This document shows positions 1-8,933 of a stretch of 64,000 nt of DNA, piece by piece. A program made the position numbers and the translations under genes. Source of the stretch: Strigamia acuminata (Eukaryota); contig OX442314.1 of assembly GCA_949358305.1 (NCBI GenBank), positions 30,938,001-31,002,000 of the forward strand, given 5' to 3'. The notes below the pieces were generated by a model, which saw only the letters and a list, made by a program, of their open reading frames with translations, searched no databases and was not told the origin of the DNA. Position 1 is the stretch's first letter; the number at the start of each line of letters is the position of its first letter.

Positions 1-145
1 AAAGCATTTTGACACAAAAAATGCATTTTGACACAAAAAATGCATTTTCGGACAAAAGAAAGCATTTTGTTTTGAGACAAAAAAAATGCACGTATCACAG
101 TGAAAAAAAAACGTCAAAAACAAATTTAAAAAAATGCAGTTTTAC

Positions 146-560
146 CTTCTACAATGTCCTAGTGGCCCGGGTGAAGTTGGGGGCCAAAACCTAGAAAAAT
201 AGGAAGAAATAAAACACAAAAAATCGATTTCTTTGCAGAAATGGCAAAAAAATCAACAGAGAACGAGCAAATACTCATCTAAAATCTAAAATCCATCCTC
301 GGGGTCCTTTGGGCAGTCGAAAGTAGCTGGAATATAAAATAAAAATTAAATTACACACCGCAAATCGCTTGAAAAACCTCAACAAAAATTAAGCCTACTC
401 ACTGCATACGCACGCGGTCGGGGCCGTTCCACGGGTGTTTGGCCGGTCGGAAATAGCTGAAATATAAAATATAAACTAAATTAAACACCACAAATCGATT
501 AAAAAACCTCATCATCATCATCATCAAAATCAAACAACACACCTACCGGTAGTGGAACAT
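146..560 (-). other. Putative micro-exon gene or gene fragment (4 short exons), present in every unit
   Basis: Exons 560-547 (gcagccATG...CG|GTAGGT), 456-403 (tttcAG|...|GTGAGT), 326-275 (ttccAG|...|GTATTT) and 190-146 (ttctAG|...AG|GTAAAA). Exons are GC-rich and the 90/76/84-nt introns AT-rich. Other copies: 4816-5230, 9421-9835, 14032-14446, 18643-19057, 23254-23668, 27865-28279, 32535-32949, 37227-37641, 41919-42333, 46589-47003, 51281-51695, 55973-56387, 60643-61057. Confidence 0.65.
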
Positions 561-804
561 GGCTGCCGAGTGTCATCACGCTCAACAACAATCACAACCA
601 TCACAAAAATCACAATAAAATGGCTGCCTCGCTCGAGCTCTTCACCCGACCGATTTACTTTGTCGAATGGCACCATCCTGTCCGTGCACGAAGACTTTAT
701 GTAGACTAGACTATATATAGTAACCACCCAGATACACATAGACCTATACTTATATATAAATAATATAATGTTTTGTACCTATCTAGAAATAAGTAGGCCT
801 AAAT

Positions 805-826
805 TTAACATGCAATTGCATGTTAA
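805..826. repeat. Perfect 22-bp palindrome TTAACATGCAATTGCATGTTAA, in every unit
   Basis: Equals its own reverse complement. Confidence 0.9.
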
Positions 827-1454
827 TCTGGGCACAAGTAGCGAAAATGACGCTCTTGACATCGCTCCAAAACCCGAGTTAGATCACAGATCACAGATCA
901 GCTCTTAAAACTCTTGAATTTACTCGCTAGAGTGCGTCCATTAAGAATTAAATTCAATTTAAAAATTAAAAATTCGATTAAAAATTAAAATTAAAATTAA
1001 AAATTGAAATTACCGGTATTTCATTATTTACAATTGAAATTATCTAGAAATTATCTAGATTACACGCAGTCGGAGTCGGACAGCATCTATACATCTATAT
1101 TCTATCCGTGTTGTTTTAAACCTAACCGATGCGATCGACGTGTTGCCTAAAATCTACAAATCCAGCCGCTCCGAACTAACTCACCGATGAGCAGCGATTG
1201 ATTAATTTATTGTATCAACCAAATTTCACTTTTCATTTTTCATTTTTCCCTTTTTTTCATTTCTAATTTCTCATTTTTAACTTCTAACTTTTATTAGTTC
1301 TACCAAACGAATACGGCGTCACCCAGCGCAAAGTAGCTTTGCTTCCAGGCACCAAAAACATTATTAAAGACGATTTTAGACTCTTGACAAATTTATCCTC
1401 TTTTATTATGAAACCTACTTACGTTAGTTAATTCTGCTTTCTCTTTTAAATATA

Positions 1455-2180
1455 ATGGCGCAAAAGAAAGCGGTTAGACCGACGATCAACGGCGTCAAGA
1501 CGACTAAAAAGACTGTCGATGAGGATAATGTCAAAAACGAGGCTTCGACGACGACCGAGACGAACGATTTTCCACAAAACGACTCGACAAACGCCAATAA
1601 AACGAACGAACCCGAAACGACAACAATTCCTACACCGGACGAAACCACGACCAAAATGTCGACAGATTTCGACGTCCTCCTCAAGCCAACAACATCAATC
1701 GAGCTGAAGAAAGTGACGACACAAATCAAGACAACTCTTCGTCCGAAACTCAGTTTAAAACCGCACGAATTACGCAACGAAACGATCGGAAACGACGTCA
1801 CATCTCAGTCCCGTCTTCGAACAATAAGCAGCGAGACACCCAGATCAACATCGCCCAACAAATCCACTCACAACACGGACGAAAATGCCCCATTGAGTCG
1901 CCCATTGGTCTACGTGTCCTCGACATCTTTCCGACACAATCGCACGACTTCAAAACCAAACGAAACGACACCAGACGTGGCAAACACCAACACCAAACCC
2001 CCACGCACCAAACCCACTCTATTCCCATCCTCCAGAACCAGAATTGACATCACAACCAAACCACTAACAACCAGACATCGTTCAACTAACATTGCAACAC
2101 AAACAACAAAACATCGTTCAACTGACATCACTACAAAACCACTAACGACCAGACATCGTTCAACCACAAAAGGGACGACG

Positions 2181-2211
<31 letters not shown>

Positions 2212-3587
2212 CCAGTACAACAACAAAAAAGACGACAACAACACCCATAGCATCAACAACTCCAATTTCGTCTCAACCGGTCGAAGACTTTGACGAGATC
2301 GAAGCGTCATTCGTTGACGGCATATTTGGTTTGCGGCTCCCGACAGACTTCGACACAGACGGCGAAATAGACACAAAAACTACACCAAAACCAATCAAAA
2401 CTGCAAAAACATTGGCAACCAAACAACCGAGCAAGCAAAGCAGATTCCCGACTACTACCGTCGGGTTATCCGAGGCTACGAAACCGAAAAACCAAAAGAC
2501 GAAACCGTTTGCCGAGCACGAGCGCGACAACACGCGAGACAACACGATCGGGCGACTGCAGCACAGCGAATCGGTTTTGATTCTCAGCACGACGCCGTAC
2601 CCTCGAATCCGTCCGAATTGGCACCGACGGAACCAAACCCGACCCACCACCGTGATAACCAACACGCAAATATCGGCCCTGGACGAAATGGTCATGAAAT
2701 ACCTAACGTCGACCACCCGCGCGTCCAAACTGACCGACGATTTTGACGCTTTCATTCTGACCGATCCGTTCGACACGAACAAAATCAAAACGAGCACCGC
2801 GGAGCCCAAAATGGACCCTGAGATCATCCCCGGTTACTTCACCGACGTTACCACGAAAGCGGAAAGCGTCACGCGACCCTCCAAAGTGACCACCATTTTG
2901 ACCAGCGGTCAGTTTCCGGTCATAGAAAAAGTGAACAACTTTAAATCGTCGCAAGCCGTTGGCGGGAATAACCTCGGGTTTCACCTACCGCCCAGTTTTT
3001 GGCCCACTCGTTACGCACTGACCACAACGCCGACGTTGCAAGCGCCGAAACGACAACGGTTGTTGTTTTCGTCCAAACGGAGACTCTCCGGTCAACATCG
3101 GCAGTCGCGGCGGTCCACGTACGATTACGGGTCGGTCACGTCGCCGTCGCCGAGTTTGATCGAGGACGACGTCACGGACACGTTGGTCAAGTTCGGGGTC
3201 CGTCTCGCGCGCTCGAAACGCGAGGAGAAGTCGCCGGCGGTCGTCAATCCGTTCCCGGAACACGTTGCGACGTACCAGCATCCGTTTTTCGGCCAAGTCG
3301 GCGTGTTGTTCAACAAGACGTCGGGCACGTTGCAGATGGAGTACGGGTTTTACGGGAAGGCGCATTTGTTGCCGTACGTGCAGAGCAATACGTTTCTGCT
3401 GCGATTTTTCAGCGCCGTTTGGTACGTGTCGGAAAGCGACGACAGCAGACGGCTACCGAGGAGTGTTTTCATGGTCCATTTCAAGGGGGGTTCGTCGGAC
3501 GGGCGACCGGAACGATTTATTGTGCCTTTCTTCGATCCCCGATTGCCGCCTACGTTCGTTAGGGTTAGGTCTTCGGATAGGAAATAA
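1455..3587 (+). CDS. Thr/Ser/Pro-rich mucin-like protein with C-terminal beta-lactamase-associated (DUF3471-like) domain, copy 1 (N135); may be the terminal exon of a longer gene
   Basis: 710-codon open frame, GC-richer than the flanks, with poly-Thr and several N-X-S/T sequons. C-terminus HVATYQHPFFGQVGV...LQMEYG...VPFFDPRLPPTFVR. AATAAA at 3751. Domain call is by eye. Confidence 0.8.
2044..2213 (+). repeat. Coding internal repeat (DITTKPLTTRHRST x2 plus a degenerate middle copy) followed by (ACA)10 poly-Thr microsatellite; in every unit
   Basis: gacatcac.ac.aaaccactaac.accagacatcgttcaac occurs twice; (ACA)10 at 2181-2210. Confidence 0.9.
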
Positions 3588-3668
3588 ATAGAAGTTGGAA
3601 AGATATGGGGAGTGTTTGAGTATAATTATAGCGTTTTCTTGCTTTCTTTTTCACTACATTTTAATTGT

Positions 3669-3674
3669 TTTATT
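3669..3674 (-). promoter_or_regulatory. Candidate polyadenylation signal of the P450-derived minus-strand unit
   Basis: TTTATT on + (AATAAA on -) ~150 nt after the P450 stop codon. Confidence 0.35.
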
Positions 3675-3750
3675 ACTGTTACGATGGGAAAAAAGGAGCT
3701 TAATAATTGCCAAAAAACATTTTTTTTTTTACTCATTAATTTGAAATGTA

Positions 3751-3756
3751 AATAAA
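3751..3756 (+). promoter_or_regulatory. Candidate polyadenylation signal of the mucin-like gene
   Basis: AATAAA (overlapping repeats) ~165 nt after the stop codon, followed by a T-rich tract. Confidence 0.5.
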
Positions 3757-3825
3757 ATAAAATAATTCTCCGATTTTTTCTTTTTTTGATGTGGAATTAC
3801 GATCAAGCAGTCCTGCAGTTTGGGT

Positions 3826-4269
3826 TTAATTAAAATGTGGTTGGTCGACTCTGTTTTGGAGTGTGAGTTCAGTTTGACTGACGATGGTTGCAATAAACAA
3901 ACCCTGTCCGCCGGTAATGAACCGTAGTGGAAACTGAAATAATCCTCCGAGTTTATTATATTTTAATGTGGGAAACTCGAATAATATTTCTTTGCAAACC
4001 TGAGTTTCTTTCTGCACACGTTTGAAAGCGATAATTATACAATAATACAATAGCTTCCAATGAAGCAAATCTCATTTCATGGCAATGCAGTTTCTGGGTC
4101 CAGCTCCGAATGGGATGAGATACGTAAAAGGATTTACTGCGATTTGCTTTGTTTTCGGGAGAAAAACAAACCTGTTTTGAAGCAAAATAAACACAAGAAA
4201 ACAGATTAAATTAAAGACTCTCTTATTTTACGAATCAATATACCTTTCAGGATCAAATGTTTGTAGATT
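3826..4269 (-). pseudogene. Cytochrome P450 (clan 3-like) 3' fragment, copy 1
   Basis: Minus strand reads NLQTFDPER (4269-4244), GT-AG intron 4243-4172, then F..SPENK..NPFTYLIPFGAGPRNCIAM (heme motif 4110-4081), RFA..YRFQTCAE..TQ, GT-AG intron 3999-3934, and FPLRF...* (3933-3826). It has frameshifting small insertions and a TGA right after CIAMK, and the 5' part of the gene is absent. Confidence 0.9.
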
Positions 4270-4295
4270 AATTAGATTAGATTAAATTAAACCCG

Positions 4296-4760
4296 AATCC
4301 ATTTTCATCCACAAAAATGCATTTTTACAGAAAAAAAAATCCATTTTTACAGAAAAAAAAATCCATTTTTACAGAAAAAAAAATCCATTTTTACAGAAAA
4401 AAAAATCCATTTTCATCCACAAAAATGCATTTTGAGACAAAAAAAAGCATTGACACAAAAAATGCATTTTCGGACAAAAGAAAGCATTTTGTTTTGAGAC
4501 AAAAAAAAATGCATTTTGAGACAAAAAAAAAATCTATTTTCGTACACAAAAATGTATTTTGAGACAAAAAAAAGCATTTTGACACAAAAAATGCATTTTT
4601 ATAGAAAAAAAAATCCATTTTCATCCACAAAAATGCATTTTGAGACAAAAAAAAGCATTTTGACACAAAAAAAGCATTTTGACACAAAAAATGCATTTTG
4701 ACACAAAAAATGCATTTTCGGACAAAAGAAAGCATTTTGTTTTGAGACAAAAAAAATGCA
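4296..4760. repeat. AT-rich compound minisatellite (~20-22 bp units: ACAGAAAAAAAAATCCATTTTT and GA(C/G)ACAAAAAA(T)GCATTTT), one per array unit
   Basis: Directly visible. Other copies at about 1-90 (partial), 8960-9365, 13571-13976, 18182-18587, 22793-23198, 27404-27809, 32015-32479, 36685-37171, 41377-41863, 46069-46533, 50739-51225, 55431-55917, 60123-60587. Confidence 0.95.
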
Positions 4761-6124
4761 CGTATCACAGTGAAAAAAAAACGTCAAAAACAAATTTAAA
4801 AAAATGCAGTTTTACCTTCTACAATGTCCTAGTGGCCCGGGTGAAGTTGGGGGCCAAAACCTAGAAAAATAGGAAGAAATAAAACACAAAAAATCGATTT
4901 CTTTGCAGAAATGGCAAAAAAATCAACAGAGAACGAGCAAATACTCATCTAAAATCTAAAATCCATCCTCGGGGTCCTTTGGGCAGTCGAAAGTAGCTGG
5001 AATATAAAATAAAAATTAAATTACACACCGCAAATCGCTTGAAAAACCTCAACAAAAATTAAGCCTACTCACTGCATACGCACGCGGTCGGGGCCGTTCC
5101 ACGGGTGTTTGGCCGGTCGGAAATAGCTGAAATATAAAATATAAACTAAATTAAACACCACAAATCGATTAAAAAACCTCATCATCATCATCATCAAAAT
5201 CAAACAACACACCTACCGGTAGTGGAACATGGCTGCCGAGTGTCATCACGCTCAACAACAATCACAACCATCACAAAAATCACAATAAAATGGCTGCCTC
5301 GCTCGAGCTCTTCACCCGACCGATTTACTTTGTCGAATGGCACCATCCTGTCCGTGCACGAAGACTTTATGTAGACTAGACTATATATAGTAACCACCCA
5401 GATACACATAGACCTATACTTATATATAAATAATATAATGTTTTGTACCTATCTAGAAATAAGTAGGCCTAAATTTAACATGCAATTGCATGTTAATCTG
5501 GGCACAAGTAGCGAAAATGACGCTCTTGACATCGCTCCAAAACCCGAGTTAGATCACAGATCACAGATCAGCTCTTAAAACTCTTGAATTTACTCGCTAG
5601 AGTGCGTCCATTAAGAATTAAATTCAATTTAAAAATTAAAAATTCGATTAAAAATTAAAATTAAAATTAAAAATTGAAATTACCGGTATTTCATTATTTA
5701 CAATTGAAATTATCTAGAAATTATCTAGATTACACGCAGTCGGAGTCGGACAGCATCTATACATCTATATTCTATCCGTGTTGTTTTAAACCTAACCGAT
5801 GCGATCGACGTGTTGCCTAAAATCTACAAATCCAGCCGCTCCGAACTAACTCACCGATGAGCAGCGATTGATTAATTTATTGTATCAACCAAATTTCACT
5901 TTTCATTTTTCATTTTTCCCTTTTTTTCATTTCTAATTTCTCATTTTTAACTTCTAACTTTTATTAGTTCTACCAAACGAATACGGCGTCACCCAGCGCA
6001 AAGTAGCTTTGCTTCCAGGCACCAAAAACATTATTAAAGACGATTTTAGACTCTTGACAAATTTATCCTCTTTTATTATGAAACCTACTTACGTTAGTTA
6101 ATTCTGCTTTCTCTTTTAAATATA

Positions 6125-6850
6125 ATGGCGCAAAAGAAAGCGGTTAGACCGACGATCAACGGCGTCAAGACGACTAAAAAGACTGTCGATGAGGATAATG
6201 TCAAAAACGAGGCTTCGACGACGACCGAGACGAACGATTTTCCACAAAACGACTCGACAAACGCCAATAAAACGAACGAACCCGAAACGACAACAATTCC
6301 TACACCGGACGAAACCACGACCAAAATGTCGACAGATTTCGACGTCCTCCTCAAGCCAACAACATCAATCGAGCTGAAGAAAGTGACGACACAAATCAAG
6401 ACAACTCTTCGTCCGAAACTCAGTTTAAAACCGCACGAATTACGCAACGAAACGATCGGAAACGACGTCACATCTCAGTCCCGTCTTCGAACAATAAGCA
6501 GCGAGACACCCAGATCAACATCGCCCAAAAAATCCACTCACAACACGGACGAAAATGCCCCATTGAGTCGCCCATTGGTCTACGTGTCCTCGACATCTTT
6601 CCGACACAATCGCACGACTTCAAAACCAAACGAAACGACACCAGACGTGGCAAACACCAACACCAAACCCCCACGCACCAAACCCACTCTATTCCCATCC
6701 TCCAGAACCAGAATTGACATCACAACCAAACCACTAACAACCAGACATCGTTCAACTAACATTGCAACACAAACAACAAAACATCGTTCAACTGACATCA
6801 CTACAAAACCACTAACGACCAGACATCGTTCAACCACAAAAGGGACGACG

Positions 6851-6881
<31 letters not shown>

Positions 6882-8251
6882 CCAGTACAACAACAAAAAA
6901 GACGACAACAACACCCATAGCATCAACAACTCCAATTTCGTCTCAACCGGTCGAAGACTTTGACGAGATCGAAGCGTCATTCGTTGACGGCATATTTGGT
7001 TTGCGGCTCCCGACAGACTTCGACACAGACGGCGAAATAGACACAAAAACTACACCAAAACCAATCAAAACTGCAAAAACATTGGCAACCAAACAACCGA
7101 GCAAGCAAAGCAGATTCCCGACTACTACCGTCGGGTTATCCGAGGCTACGAAACCGAAAAACCAAAAGACGAAACCGTTTGCCGAGCACGAGCGCGACAA
7201 CACGCGAGACAACACGATCGGGCGACTGCAGCACAGCGAATCGGTTTTGATTCTCAGCACGACGCCGTACCCTCGAATCCGTCCGAATTGGCACCGACGG
7301 AACCAAACTCGACCCACCACCGTGATAACCAACACGCAAATATCGGCCCTGGACGAAATGGTCATGAAATACCTAACGTCGACCACCCGCGCGTCCAAAC
7401 TGACCGACGATTTTGACGCTTTCATTCTGACCGATCCGTTCGACACGAACAAAATCAAAACGAGCACCGCGGAGCCCAAAATGGACCCTGAGATCATCCC
7501 CGGTTACTTCACCGACGTTACCACGAAAGCGGAAAGCGTCACGCGACCCTCCAAAGTGACCACCATTTTGACCAGCGGTCAGTTTCCGGTCATAGAAAAA
7601 GTGAACAACTTCAAATCGTCGCAAGCCGTTGGCGGGAATAACCTCGGGTTCCACCTACCGCCCAGTTTTTGGCCCACTCGGTACGCGCTGACCACAACGC
7701 CGACGTTGCAAGCGCCGAAACGACAACGGTTGTTGTTTTCGTCCAAGAGGAGACTCTCCGGTCAACATCGGCAGTCGCGGCGGTCCACGTACGATTACGG
7801 GTCGGTCACTTCGCCGAGTTTGATCGAGGACGACGTCACGGACACGTTGGTCAAGTTCGGGGTCCGTCTCGCGCGCTCGAAACGCGAGGAGAAGTCGCCG
7901 GCGGTCGTCAATCCGTTCCCGGAACACGTTGCGACGTACCAGCATCCGTTTTTCGGCCAAGTCGGCGTGTTGTTCAACAAGACGTCGGGCACGTTGCAGA
8001 TGGAGTACGGGTTTTACGGGAAGGCGCATTTGTTGCCGTACGTGCAGAGCAATACGTTTCTGCTGCGATTTTTCAGCGCCGTTTGGTACGTGTCGGAAAG
8101 CGACGACAGCAGACGGCTACCGAGGAGTGTTTTCATGGTCCATTTCAAGGGGGGTTCGTCGGACGGGCGACCGGAACGATTTATTGTGCCTTTCTTCGAT
8201 CCCCGATTGCCGCCTACGTTCGTTAGGGTTAGGTCTTCGGATAGGAAATAA
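6125..8251 (+). CDS. Mucin-like/DUF3471-like protein, copy 2 (708 aa, K135, divergent synonymous patch)
   Basis: Same ORF, with 8 synonymous changes at 7309-7810 and one TCGCCG (Ser-Pro) fewer. Confidence 0.8.
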
Positions 8252-8489
8252 ATAGAAGTTGGAAAGATATGGGGAGTGTTTGAGTATAATTATAGCGTTT
8301 TCTTGCTTTCTTTTTCACTACATTTTAATTGTTTTATTACTGTTACGATGGGAAAAAAGGAGCTTAATAATTGCCAAAAAACATTTTTTTTTTTACTCAT
8401 TAATTTGAAATGTAAATAAAATAAAATAATTCTCCGATTTTTTCTTTTTTTGATGTGGAATTACGATCAAGCAGTCCTGCAGTTTGGGT

Positions 8490-8933
8490 TTAATTAAAAT
8501 GTGGTTGGTCGACTCTGTTTTGGAGTGTGAGTTCAGTTTGACTGACGATGGTTGCAATAAACAAACCCTGTCCGCCGGTAATGAACCGTAGTGGAAACTG
8601 AAATAATCCTCCGAGTTTATTATATTTTAATGTGGGAAACTCGAATAATATTTCTTTGCAAACCTGAGTTTCTTTCTGCACACGTTTGAAAGCGATAATT
8701 ATACAATAATACAATAGCTTCCAATGAAGCAAATCTCATTTCATGGCAATGCAGTTTCTGGGTCCAGCTCCGAATGGGATGAGATACGTAAAAGGATTTA
8801 CTGCGATTTGCTTTGTTTTCGGGAGAAAAACAAACCTGTTTTGAAGCAAAATAAACACAAGAAAACAGATTAAATTAAAGACTCTCTTATTTTACGAATC
8901 AATATACCTTTCAGGATCAAATGTTTGTAGATT
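8490..8933 (-). pseudogene. Cytochrome P450 3' fragment, copy 2
   Basis: Same as copy 1. Confidence 0.88.

Noticed and set aside
159..194. Helitron-like 3' end (TGGCCC...GGGCCA hairpin near CTAG)
   Set aside because: Stem is only 6 bp, there is no CTAG|T target context or matching 5' end, and the sequence is better explained as a micro-exon and its acceptor
530..739. 69-aa minus-strand ORF
   Set aside because: No recognisable motif; it crosses simple repeats and runs past a strong splice donor, and its frame hits stops in the downstream micro-exons
3559..3570. Telomere-like TTAGGGTTAGG
   Set aside because: Fewer than two full repeats, and it encodes VRVR within the ORF
1424..3591. Overlapping antisense and alternative-frame ORFs (poly-Val 112 aa, 184 aa, 187 aa, etc.)
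   Set aside because: Shadows of the Thr-rich ORF; the copy-2 substitutions are silent in the 710-aa frame but alter several of these
3823..3832. GGTTTAATTA matching the start of nematode SL1
   Set aside because: Match ends after 10 nt, with no splice donor or SL RNA structure; it coincides with the P450 stop codon
3826..4068. 80-aa ORF as a stand-alone gene
   Set aside because: It is frameshifted P450 sequence reading through a 66-nt in-frame intron into the last exon
1..4670. rRNA, tRNA, snRNA or histone genes typical of tandem arrays
   Set aside because: None recognised by eye; an Infernal/Rfam scan of one unit would be needed to exclude divergent RNA genes
4296..4760. CRISPR-like array
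   Set aside because: Contiguous degenerate repeats with no unique spacers, no cas genes, and a eukaryotic intron context
4317..4864. Short K/F-rich ORFs on both strands
   Set aside because: Translations of the minisatellite that change with repeat copy number
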